A DNA stretch of 64,000 nt from a virus. Both the position numbers and the translations under genes were made by a program. The notes below the pieces were generated by a model that saw only the letters and a program-made list of their open reading frames with translations, searched no databases and was not told the DNA's origin. The stretch covers positions 1-64,000 of IMG/VR virus record IMGVR_UViG_3300029651_000001. The stretch is one strand, 5' to 3'. Numbering within the stretch: position 1 is the first letter of the stretch; every line of letters begins with the position of its first letter. Positions 44,552 to 50,815 of this stretch are shown in pieces.

Positions 44552-45182
44552 TTTTAGCCCTCCAAAGGGTAATCAGGCCTGCAAGGATGAGGGTTGTAGT
44601 GGACGGCTCCGGCAGTTCACGGGTCTCTCTGTCCGGCGCCGCCTCCCTCACCTGTAGCCGGGTGATGTTCCCGCACACCCGAGGTACGGCGATGATGTAC
44701 TCGCCCAGCCAGTACACCTCGGCTCGCTCGTAATGCAAGTCCTTGAAATTGGTTCGGGTTCCGTAACACATGCTGTTGCCGAACGCCATCGAATAGGTGG
44801 GAACATACCAATGGTGGGTGTCTCTGACGCCTGCATTGCTGAACACCGCCTCGTCATCGGAATCCTTACGCTTGATCCGGTCGGTCAAAACCTTGGCGGA
44901 GTCCGTGTCTACGCCGAGGGTCCGCAAGGCGGAGTAGATATCCCCCGTGAATGGGTGGCTGCCAGGATTGCCCCATTTGCAGCCGTAGCGGAGTTGAAGC
45001 GGCCTGTATTCCGGCTCCCTGATCGGTTCTACCAAATCGGCTGCGTTGCCCAGATCCGTAACACCGGTGGAGTCCGGAGTTGAGGGGGCGATTGTGACGG
45101 TCGTGATCGCCGCCGACAGCGGCAATGAAAAACACAAGCTCCCGACGATGAACCCTCGCCAGAATCTCGACGGTCTTTTCAT
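44541..45182 (-). CDS. Secreted protein with a PEP-CTERM-like sorting signal (213 aa)
   Basis: N-terminal signal-like FIVGSLCFSLPLSAA. The C-terminus LPEPSTTTLILAGLITLWRAKNED combines PEP, a hydrophobic helix and basic residues. Leader motif at 45189. Confidence 0.65.
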   Translation of the reverse strand: MKRPSRFWRGFIVGSLCFSLPLSAAITTVTIAPSTPDSTGVTDLGNAADLVEPIREPEYRPLQLRYGCKWGNPGSHPFTGDIYSALRTLGVDTDSAKVLTDRIKRKDSDDEAVFSNAGVRDTHHWYVPTYSMAFGNSMCYGTRTNFKDLHYERAEVYWLGEYIIAVPRVCGNITRLQVREAAPDRETRELPEPSTTTLILAGLITLWRAKNED

Positions 45183-45199
45183 AGGAGGTCTCCAAAGGG

Positions 45200-45216
45200 T
45201 AAGTACATGTCCTTAA
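45200..45216 (-). promoter_or_regulatory. Oriented TTAAGGAC-NN-GTACTTA site fused to the leader motif
   Basis: + strand reads TAAGTACATGTCCTTAA. It overlaps the inverted repeat ATGTCCTT (45207-45214) / AAGGACAT (45223-45230). Confidence 0.55.
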
Positions 45217-45227
45217 GGATTGAAGGA

Positions 45228-45256
45228 CATCGGCCGTGGTGAGAACACGGCCGATG
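45228..45256 (-). terminator. 11-bp stem-loop, candidate 3' boundary of the tmRNA locus
   Basis: + strand reads CATCGGCCGTG GTGAGAA CACGGCCGATG. In transcript sense it is followed by UCCUUCAAUCCUU, a weak U-tract. Confidence 0.45.
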
Positions 45257-45261
45257 GCTTG

Positions 45262-45498
45262 CCGGATAAGCTCCGGCGGGCTCTTGTTGCTGGACTTGTA
45301 CGGCTTACAGCTCCCGTTTGGTTGTACCTTGATTTCCCCCTAATGCTTGCGGGCTGCAGGGTTTGTGCATCTTGGGTGCGCGAATTCCCATGTCCGGACG
45401 CAGTCCCAAGTAGCAATCAAAGCATTACCATCCAACCAATAATGGCTAGGTCGCAGCTCCCCGGATCGTGTCTGTTACCGGATAAGCTCCGGCGGGCT
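45262..45498. repeat. 21-bp direct repeat CCGGATAAGCTCCGGCGGGCT (45262-45282 and 45478-45498)
   Basis: Exact 21-mer copies 216 bp apart, downstream of the tag frame. Each contains the 5-bp hairpin CCGGA/TCCGG. Similarity extends about 8 nt further on one side. Confidence 0.85.
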
Positions 45499-45563
45499 GT
45501 TGTCGCCAACGACTGCGATTCGGTTGCCCGGCTTCTGTTCTCAAGCGCCGGGCAGGCTCGGCT

Positions 45564-45605
45564 TTAGGCGGCTGCCTTCAGCGGGGCATACGTATCATCG
45601 TTTGC
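45564..45605 (-). other. tmRNA tag reading frame: ANDDTYAPLKAAA followed by a stop
   Basis: GCA AAC GAT GAT ACG TAT GCC CCG CTG AAG GCA GCC GCC TAA. The GCA resume codon, AND start and AAA end are typical of proteolysis tags. Confidence 0.75.
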
Positions 45606-45882
45606 CTTTGTGGTTTTGCGCGGTTAACGCCCGTCGCCTTTCGTGCTGCCATCTCTGCTTTGCTGCCCCGTCGAAACCTGGCTGGCCCATCAGAAGAAGG
45701 CTGTTAGAGCGTGCAGTAGGAGTCGAACCTTCTTTTGGTGGACCAGGCCGGAATTGAACCGGCGTCCGAGACAACTCCACTTCGATGGAGTTACAGCAAT
45801 TCGGCGCCCAATCTATTCGGCAGACTCCCACTGGACTAGGAGCGCATACTGCCGGCATCCCTACAGGGCGGCCAGGTCTGCC

Positions 45883-45911
45883 TTATTGTGAAATCGGTAA
45901 TATCCCTACAA
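45883..45911 (-). promoter_or_regulatory. Candidate sigma70-type promoter for the tmRNA locus
   Basis: Transcript sense reads TTGTAG, a 17-nt spacer, then CAATAA, immediately upstream of GGCAGACC (45882). Match to consensus is weak to moderate. Confidence 0.3.
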
Positions 45912-46007
45912 AGTCCGTGTCTTCTCGTTCTCCAATTAGGGCGACCCCGTCCGGGCGTAATACATCCAGCTAGGATTAAAAATACCGGCGAGGTCGCGGA
46001 ACACATA

Positions 46008-46033
46008 ATAAAAAAGCCGGCGTTGAGCCGGCT
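46008..46033 (-). terminator. Rho-independent terminator downstream of 46058..46297
   Basis: Transcript sense reads AGCCGGC UCAAC GCCGGCU followed by UUUUUUAUUAU. Confidence 0.8.
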
Positions 46034-46057
46034 ATGGGGTCAGTTCACAAGGTTTGG

Positions 46058-46297
46058 CTAGCCGTGTGAGCTACACCACCGTTTCGATACGAAATATCCA
46101 ATCTGGTGGCTGACTACCCGGTAAACACCTTGCCCAAACCAGCCCTGACTGGGGACACCGTGCTTCTTCCGGCCGTAGATGTCGGCCGCCGGCACTCCGA
46201 AGACCCACACGGCCATGGGCGTCAGGTCGCCTCCGCAAGCGGGGGCCAGGGCTAGGGCGATCGAGAGGTAAAGGGTTAAGGTGATTGTTGATGTCAT
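46058..46297 (-). CDS. Small secreted or lipoprotein-like protein (79 aa)
   Basis: ATG 46297 (MTSTITLTLYLSIALALAPAC) follows the leader motif at 46302. Confidence 0.55.
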   Translation of the reverse strand: MTSTITLTLYLSIALALAPACGGDLTPMAVWVFGVPAADIYGRKKHGVPSQGWFGQGVYRVVSHQIGYFVSKRWCSSHG

Positions 46298-46353
46298 ATG
46301 ATCTCCAAAGGGTTGAGGTTGTACATCCTTGTCGGCCGTCCTTGGCCGCATCC

Positions 46354-46371
46354 TTAAGTACTTGTCCTTAA
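46354..46371 (-). promoter_or_regulatory. Oriented TTAAGGAC-NN-GTACTTAA site
   Basis: + strand reads TTAAGTAC TT GTCCTTAA. The nearby hairpin CGGCC GTCCTT GGCCG (46333-46348) carries GTCCTT in its loop. Confidence 0.5.
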
Positions 46372-46381
46372 ACTTTCCAGG

Positions 46382-46687
46382 TCAAGGCTGGAACCCGCTT
46401 AATGCGTTCTTCTGACCCTTCAGGAACTGCTGCTCCAACAAGGATCTGAGTTCCTGCTCGGTCAGGATGAAGATGTCTCCGTCCAGTTCGATGAGGCTAC
46501 CCGCCATTTTCACGGTTATCGGCTCGTCGTCGGCAAGGATCAGGTGAGCCAGCTCGTGAGCCAGCTCGTCTTTCAGATAACGGATCGCGTCATCCATGGT
46601 GCCGTATCGCGGGTCTTTCATGTAGGTTTGCTTTGCTCGGAAGCGCCTCTTCGGCAACTCGTTGGCGTCGAATATCTTGTCAAACAT
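46382..46687 (-). CDS. Hypothetical protein with an HExxH string (101 aa)
   Basis: ATG 46687 (MFDKIFD) follows the leader motif at 46695. Contains DELAHELAHLIL. Too short to call a metalloprotease. Confidence 0.55.
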   Translation of the reverse strand: MFDKIFDANELPKRRFRAKQTYMKDPRYGTMDDAIRYLKDELAHELAHLILADDEPITVKMAGSLIELDGDIFILTEQELRSLLEQQFLKGQKNALSGFQP

Positions 46688-46737
46688 CTTTACCTCTCCA
46701 AAGGTAGGACATAAACGTCCATAAGGACAAGGGATTG

Positions 46738-46752
46738 AGGACGTGTACTTAA
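46738..46752. promoter_or_regulatory. AGGAC-GT-GTACTTAA site in the opposite orientation to the other copies
   Basis: + strand reads AGGACGTGTACTTAA. The region 46703-46752 also holds GGACATAAACGTCC and AAGGACAAGG. Confidence 0.4.
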
Positions 46753-46767
46753 TCAATGAATCCTGAA

Positions 46768-46956
46768 TTAAACGTCATGTTCGGAGAGCCGCTGATATTC
46801 GAGGTCGAACCATTTCCACCAAATCGATCTCTCGGGCTCTGTTTTATATGGGTTTTCGTCGGCGCTTTGCTCTTGACCGGGACATTGATAATACCGACGA
46901 GCTGCTTGAACAGCTTCAAGGGCGATTTTGTTTTCGTTCTGCTTATCGATGCTCAT
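46768..46956 (-). CDS. Hypothetical protein (62 aa)
   Basis: ATG 46956. Trp-rich WWKWFDLEY. Confidence 0.5.
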   Translation of the reverse strand: MSIDKQNENKIALEAVQAARRYYQCPGQEQSADENPYKTEPERSIWWKWFDLEYQRLSEHDV

Positions 46957-46968
46957 TATTGTGCCCCG

Positions 46969-47151
46969 TTAGCGTGTCCTTCGGGGTGGCCGTTCGTCGA
47001 TCTCAATACCTCGCCGTGCTGCTTCCAGCAATGCCAGCTGTGCGTAAGCCTTGCGGCCGGCGGCGGATTCCTTCTCGTAAACGCCGCGGACTTGGGCATC
47101 CGTACAGGTTTTGACGTAAAGCGTGAACTCGAGTCGATCTCGTTTGGTCAT
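46969..47151 (-). CDS. Hypothetical protein (60 aa)
   Basis: ATG 47151 (MTKRDRLEF) with AAGGTG 6 nt upstream. The track start at 47160 is a GTG without an RBS. Confidence 0.5.
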   Translation of the reverse strand: MTKRDRLEFTLYVKTCTDAQVRGVYEKESAAGRKAYAQLALLEAARRGIEIDERPPRRTR

Positions 47152-47183
47152 TGATTTCACCTTGATGTGTGGGTTGACGTTGT

Positions 47184-47858
47184 TCAGGGTTCCTCTGCAA
47201 GAAGGCTCAATCGCTCCGCTTCGATCTCTTCGTCGGTCAGGTCGACGGGCTGGATCTTGCTGGCGAGGGCGGACAAGTCTTCCGTATGTTCCGTGAAGTT
47301 CTGCGGCGGCTGGCCTGCTCGCAAGGTGGCAAGGTAAGGGATTATGAAATGGTCCAGCGTGGATTTCATGATCTCTTTGGCCGCGTTTTGTAAGTGTATG
47401 GTTAACTTTTCGGCAATGATGCTTTCGGCTTCCGTGACTAGACTCCTCAGCAGTGTCGCTTCCGCTGTCTCTCGAACCTCAAAGACGGGCATTCCCGCCC
47501 GACCAAAGACCACCCATTCGTCCGACAGGTCCAAACCAAACCGAGTACGCCGGTTGTTTCGGCTGTAAATCGACGTAATCGACAGGTTGTACTTCTGGAC
47601 CCACTCGTCAATAGGCCAAGTAATACCTCGAATAGTGAACGTCAGCACGGACTTACGAGTCCGGCGATCCCTAGGCTGCCCGTAGTCCGTATGACAGCGA
47701 CAGCGGAACCGTCCTTGGTTCCACAAGGATGTGGAAATCGAGCGTAATCCCTCACAGGAATTACACATAGCAAGCCAGTGTTTCCCTCTTCTTCCCTCGG
47801 GTCCGTGAGATGTCCCAATGACTTTGTACCCATTCTTAGTGTCGCCGATCTTTGGCAT
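47184..47858 (-). CDS. Putative DNA-binding early protein (224 aa)
   Basis: First gene downstream of the AT-rich region. The N-terminal G.YKVIG...WLAMCNSCEG...RCRCH pattern resembles Zn-finger DNA-binding modules of phage endonuclease-associated proteins. The function is not established. Confidence 0.55.
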   Translation of the reverse strand: MPKIGDTKNGYKVIGTSHGPEGRRGKHWLAMCNSCEGLRSISTSLWNQGRFRCRCHTDYGQPRDRRTRKSVLTFTIRGITWPIDEWVQKYNLSITSIYSRNNRRTRFGLDLSDEWVVFGRAGMPVFEVRETAEATLLRSLVTEAESIIAEKLTIHLQNAAKEIMKSTLDHFIIPYLATLRAGQPPQNFTEHTEDLSALASKIQPVDLTDEEIEAERLSLLAEEP

Positions 47859-48424
47859 ACCATCACCTGTAAAAACTAAATAAGGCAGGAGTTCTACGCA
47901 AAATGGCGTAGATTTAGTTTGATATTGTTAGTTTAAGTTTGATTTTGCGTCCGCGCAACAAAATCATTCTGCCATAACCCGTATGTACAAGAGAGTCGGG
48001 TATGATTCTGTCCATGCCAATCTGTGTGTACTTGCAACAGAAACGCTCGTTCAATAACTGAGATCATAGCCGGGTTTATTTGTCAATACATGCGCGCAAA
48101 AAGCATGTATAACTTATGTACAACGCAGTTGGCCAGAAATTTTAGATTTTTGGGCGGCGATGTACAAAAAGTATAGCTACGGGGTCGTTAGTATTGCTGC
48201 CAGCGTTTTGACGCGGTGTTGAGGAAAATCAATGGTATACCTGGGAGACTTTGACGCTGTGCAGCGTAAAGCAAGGTTTTAAGTCTTTTTCGATATTAGA
48301 AAATGCTAATGCGCTTCCTAAAACAACTTTCGCTCGCAGCAGCGAACCAGCAGGCGCGATTTACGCCCAATGAATTTTTCGACTTTGCTCCTCAAAATAA
48401 AAAAACTAACAATACTTCAATAAT
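47859..48424. other. AT-rich gene-free region (candidate replication origin and/or early promoter hub)
   Basis: No ORF of 60 aa or more on either strand. ATGTACAA at 47983, 48116 and 48160. Hairpins CTACGC/GCGTAG (47894-47911) and ATACATGC/GCATGTAT (48086-48110). Direct repeats TTAGTTTGAT / TTAAGTTTGAT at 47914-47944. ACGCTG TG CAGCGT at 48254-48267. Confidence 0.6.
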
Positions 48425-48691
48425 CTATACATTAGAAGGCATGTTCTTTGCATCCTTATGATTTACGTTTAGAATCAAAGGGTTAGACCACTCTTGCCAA
48501 GTCCATACCTCTCCTTGCTGGACCACCCAACCCATTCCTGACTCGCCTTGTTCCTGGATAAACACGATTGCAAACTTCTCCCCAAGCTTCCTTGCCTGGG
48601 ACACAGCGACATCCCACCCCTCAACCACCCTCCCCAGCAACACCACCTCTTCTTGCAGCTCCACGCCGACCCTTACTTCATACCGACGCAT
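48425..48691 (-). CDS. Hypothetical protein (88 aa)
   Basis: ATG 48691 (MRRYEVRVGV) with a GAGAGG RBS. The track's N-terminal extension is Gly-rich low-complexity sequence. Confidence 0.55.
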   Translation of the reverse strand: MRRYEVRVGVELQEEVVLLGRVVEGWDVAVSQARKLGEKFAIVFIQEQGESGMGWVVQQGEVWTWQEWSNPLILNVNHKDAKNMPSNV

Positions 48692-48858
48692 AATTGCCTC
48701 TCTTGCTGCCGGGCCACCAACTCCGCCTTGACTTCCGACATTTCCGCGGCCAATAAATCCCTCTCCACGCCTGGCGTCATCTTTGACAGCTGCCGTACCA
48801 ACATCGACAGCGTCACCGTCAACACCTTCGTATCCTGACAAAGCCCCTCATTACTCAT
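48673..48858 (-). CDS. Possible small protein (61 aa)
   Basis: ATG 48858 in an ATGA overlap with the upstream stop. The 3' end overlaps the next start by 19 nt. Confidence 0.4.
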   Translation of the reverse strand: MSNEGLCQDTKVLTVTLSMLVRQLSKMTPGVERDLLAAEMSEVKAELVARQQERQLCVGMK

Positions 48859-49067
48859 GCGAATAACCTCCCGACAGCGTTGTCTACGTCCTTGCGAGCT
48901 GCCAGCTCCCGCTTCAAGATCCGTATGGCTAGATTACAATCTAGCCTTACATTACCCGGATTCAAACGATCTCTGAGGATCTCCAGTTCGAGCAGACGTG
49001 CTCGGATTTGTTGCTCACTTGCTGTGTCGGCGAAGCGGGTGACATTCTTGATAAATTCTTCAGGCAT
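48855..49067 (-). CDS. Small helical protein (70 aa), paralog of 49265..49474
   Basis: ATG 49067 (MPEEFIKNV) follows the leader motif at 49074. Shares MP..F...A..SEE.I.A.L..L.IL....AI..LKKELA.R with its neighbour. Confidence 0.6.
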   Translation of the reverse strand: MPEEFIKNVTRFADTASEQQIRARLLELEILRDRLNPGNVRLDCNLAIRILKRELAARKDVDNAVGRLFA

Positions 49068-49097
49068 GACACATCTCCAAAGGGTAATGACAACCTC

Positions 49098-49113
49098 AAG
49101 GACAGCCGTCCTT
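49098..49113. promoter_or_regulatory. Palindrome AAGGAC-N4-GTCCTT
   Basis: AAGGAC AGCC GTCCTT, between the leader motif and the terminator at 49122-49146. Confidence 0.55.
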
Positions 49114-49121
49114 AAGGCATG

Positions 49122-49146
49122 AAAAAAGCCGGCGATCAGCCGGCTT
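49122..49146 (-). terminator. Rho-independent terminator
   Basis: Transcript sense reads AAGCCGGC UGAUC GCCGGCUU followed by UUUUC. Confidence 0.75.
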
Positions 49147-49154
49147 GCATCCAT

Positions 49155-49173
49155 ACAGCGTCAGCGACGCTGT
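49155..49173. promoter_or_regulatory. ACAGCGTC palindrome (copy 1)
   Basis: ACAGCGTC AGC GACGCTGT. Confidence 0.55.
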
Positions 49174-49175
49174 GC

Positions 49176-49191
49176 AATACACATGTGTATT
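49176..49191. promoter_or_regulatory. Perfect 16-bp palindrome AATACACATGTGTATT
   Basis: Read directly from the sequence. It is unique in this window and intergenic. Confidence 0.5.
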
Positions 49192-49232
49192 CGGTTTGCA
49201 GTTTTACGTGCCCCAAACCGGAAAAGACACGC

Positions 49233-49253
49233 TTAAGGACAACTGTCCCTAAG
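49233..49253. promoter_or_regulatory. Palindrome TTAAGGAC-N4-GTCCCTAAGG
   Basis: TTAAGGAC AACT GTCCCTAAGG. Confidence 0.55.
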
Positions 49254-49258
49254 GTGTT

Positions 49259-49277
49259 ACAGCGTCACTGACGCTGT
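49259..49277. promoter_or_regulatory. ACAGCGTCA palindrome (copy 2)
   Basis: ACAGCGTCA C TGACGCTGT. It overlaps the stop codon of 49265..49474. Confidence 0.55.
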
Positions 49278-49474
49278 TCATCCTTACGGTCGGCCGCGTA
49301 GCGGCTAGCCAATTCCTTCTTTAACACTTCGACGGCGTGCTGCGCTGCCGCACGCGTACCGTCGTTCTCGCCGTGCTCGGCGAGAATGGCCAAAGCCACC
49401 AATTGAGCGAGGATGGTTTCCTCGCTTGCCTTGGAGGCAAGGAGGTCCACCCATTGGCAGAAATGTGTGGGCAT
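49265..49474 (-). CDS. Small helical protein (69 aa), paralog of 48855..49067
   Basis: ATG 49474 (MPTHFCQWV) follows CCTTGGAGAAACC. Confidence 0.6.
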   Translation of the reverse strand: MPTHFCQWVDLLASKASEETILAQLVALAILAEHGENDGTRAAAQHAVEVLKKELASRYAADRKDEQRQ

Positions 49475-49508
49475 TTCAGGTTTCTCCAAGGACAGTATTC
49501 TTATGACT

Positions 49509-49528
49509 GACGCTGTCAAGACAGCGTC
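49509..49528. promoter_or_regulatory. ACAGCGTC palindrome (copy 3, arms in the inverted order)
   Basis: GACGCTGTC AA GACAGCGTC. Confidence 0.55.
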
Positions 49529-49543
49529 GATGGGTTCGCATCC

Positions 49544-49563
49544 TTAAGGACGGCTGTCCTTAA
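49544..49563. promoter_or_regulatory. Palindrome TTAAGGAC-N4-GTCCTTAA
   Basis: TTAAGGAC GGCT GTCCTTAA. It overlaps the stop codon of 49560..49808. Confidence 0.55.
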
Positions 49564-49808
49564 TGAGCGACGGCTCCCCCGCAATAGCCGCAGTCGCCGT
49601 GGCGTGTGCGGTCCCCGCCGTCGGGGCACTCACACCGGCGGGGCATAGGGGCAGGCAGCATCTCCCAAGTCACCCACTCCGCCCCTTGCGGGGCGTTTTC
49701 GAGTGTGTAACGAGCAGCATCCTTGCCGGTCAGTTCCCCGTCGTGCTGAACGAGGAATGATCCTTGGTCGCAAAAGGCATCCCAGCCCCAGTAGACTCGG
49801 TACAACAT
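49560..49808 (-). CDS. Hypothetical protein (82 aa)
   Basis: ATG 49808 (MLYRVYWGW) follows the leader motif at 49815. C-terminal Cys cluster CECPDGG...CGYCGG. Confidence 0.55.
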   Translation of the reverse strand: MLYRVYWGWDAFCDQGSFLVQHDGELTGKDAARYTLENAPQGAEWVTWEMLPAPMPRRCECPDGGDRTRHGDCGYCGGAVAH

Positions 49809-49828
49809 AGGGATTCTCCAAAGGTAGG

Positions 49829-49859
49829 ACAGCGTCAGCATTCATACGGCTGACGCTGT
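49829..49859. promoter_or_regulatory. ACAGCGTCAGC long hairpin (copy 4)
   Basis: ACAGCGTCAGC attcatacg GCTGACGCTGT (11-bp arms). Confidence 0.55.
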
Positions 49860-49864
49860 AGGGC

Positions 49865-49895
49865 TAAAAGGCCCCGAGTACAGGCGTACTCGGGG
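49865..49895 (-). terminator. Stem-loop terminator downstream of 49904..50197
   Basis: + strand reads CCCCGAGTAC AGGC GTACTCGGGG (10-bp stem). In transcript sense it is followed by CCUUUUAG. Confidence 0.55.
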
Positions 49896-49903
49896 AGCGG
49901 GAA

Positions 49904-50197
49904 CTAGTCCCGCATGTCGAAGATGTGTAGGGCTTTCGCCTCGAACTGAGGCGGAGCCCCTTCCGGGGCTCGGTTGGCGTTCTCGAAGACGCCAACCATG
50001 AATGAGGAGGACAGCCGCATAGCAGCGGCCGGATGGACTACGACGACGCCCTCGAAGGCGCCGCGCTCGTAAACCCACGATGGGCTTACGGTGAATGCGT
50101 CGGCGTCGCCGACGCCGACCAGCTCGATCCCTTGCTCTGCGGCAAGGGATATCTGTTCGTGGGTGGGAGTGTGACGGCTGATAAATGCAAATCTCAT
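49904..50197 (-). CDS. Hypothetical protein (97 aa)
   Basis: ATG 50197 (MRFAFISRH) with a GGAGAT RBS. Confidence 0.55.
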   Translation of the reverse strand: MRFAFISRHTPTHEQISLAAEQGIELVGVGDADAFTVSPSWVYERGAFEGVVVVHPAAAMRLSSSFMVGVFENANRAPEGAPPQFEAKALHIFDMRD

Positions 50198-50277
50198 TGT
50201 ATGGATCTCCGATGAAAGTACAGCGCCCACGTTTACCACATTGCCGCCCTGGGCGCGTAGGGCGGCAAGCTTGCCGA

Positions 50278-50340
50278 CTACCCTACGGGCGGGTAGTCAG
50301 CGTCGGTAACTTCTGTGACGTCTAAGAACTCGACGATCAT
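50278..50340 (-). CDS. Micro-ORF (20 aa) behind a leader-like motif
   Basis: CCCCTGGAGAACCGCC ATG. Hand translation gives MIVEFLDVTEVTDADYPPVG. Preceded by ACAGCGTCA palindrome copy 5. Could be a leader peptide or not translated. Confidence 0.3.
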   Translation of the reverse strand: MIVEFLDVTEVTDADYPPVG

Positions 50341-50365
50341 GGCGGTTCTCCAGGGGTTGAGGGAA

Positions 50366-50384
50366 ACAGCGTCAATGACGCTGT
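50366..50384. promoter_or_regulatory. ACAGCGTCA palindrome (copy 5)
   Basis: ACAGCGTCA A TGACGCTGT. Confidence 0.55.
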
Positions 50385-50435
50385 CCCGGTCGAAGAAAGT
50401 AGGCACTAATTCCTTGTGCCGAGTGTGGGGTGTCC

Positions 50436-50756
50436 TTAGAATATACGGGTGACACCTTTGGCTTTGGGCGTCTCGCCCTGCCAAAAGACGACCTTGAGCC
50501 GCGGATAGTGCTGATCGCGGTACTTGATCGCGGTCTGAAACGGCGTGTTTTTATCGAATTCAATCCGAACGTCGCCGAATTCATCCTGAAGCGTTAAGGA
50601 CCTGTACTTAAGCCAGCGTGTCTTTGCCGCGAGGTCATCCAATTCCGAGCCAGTGAATCCCTGGCCCAGGATCGGGCGAATCCGGCCGCGGCTGTCCACA
50701 CGTTCGCCAAACGCACGGCGGCGCCCATGGTGGGAATGGGGGGAATCTTCGTGCAT
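50436..50756 (-). CDS. Hypothetical protein (106 aa)
   Basis: ATG 50756 (MHEDSPHSHHG) with TGGAG 6 nt upstream. Confidence 0.55.
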   Translation of the reverse strand: MHEDSPHSHHGRRRAFGERVDSRGRIRPILGQGFTGSELDDLAAKTRWLKYRSLTLQDEFGDVRIEFDKNTPFQTAIKYRDQHYPRLKVVFWQGETPKAKGVTRIF

Positions 50757-50775
50757 GGTTGACTCCATTTGAGTG

Positions 50776-50815
50776 CTAAGGACATGTCCCTAGCGGGTTA
50801 GGGACATGTCCTTAA
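50776..50815. promoter_or_regulatory. Tandem pair of GGGAC/GGAC-AT-GTCC palindromes
   Basis: CTAAGGACATGTCCCTAG (50776-50793), then cggg, then TTAGGGACATGTCCTTAA (50798-50815). The two sites are reverse complements of each other. Confidence 0.6.

Larger units (their letters stand above)
45228..45882 (-). ncRNA. ssrA: Circularly permuted (two-piece) tmRNA gene; outer boundaries are uncertain
   Basis: In transcript sense, the acceptor piece ends UCGGAC GCCGG UUCAAUU CCGGC CUGGUCC A CCA (45769 down to 45736). A 47-nt intervening segment (45735-45689) has a 7-bp stem. The coding piece begins GGGCCAGCCAGGUUUCGACGGGG at 45688. GGGCCAG pairs with CUGGUCC, giving a G3-U70 wobble. The tag frame is 45605-45564. 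Confidence 0.8.

Noticed and set aside
45719-45729. T-loop-like GGTTCGACTCC (minus sense) that might mark a separate tRNA gene next to the tmRNA acceptor end.
   Set aside because: The stem has a mismatch and there is no acceptor pairing, anticodon arm or CCA. It lies in the loop of the 47-nt intervening segment. It is best read as a remnant of the duplication that created the permuted tmRNA gene.
45213-45973. ORF-track entries across the tmRNA locus (45213..45416, 45220..45567, 45500..45757, 45595..45858, 45643..45891, 45785..45973).
   Set aside because: They overlap one another in several frames and mostly have TTG or GTG starts without an RBS. Their products are low-complexity, and the region is explained by tmRNA features.
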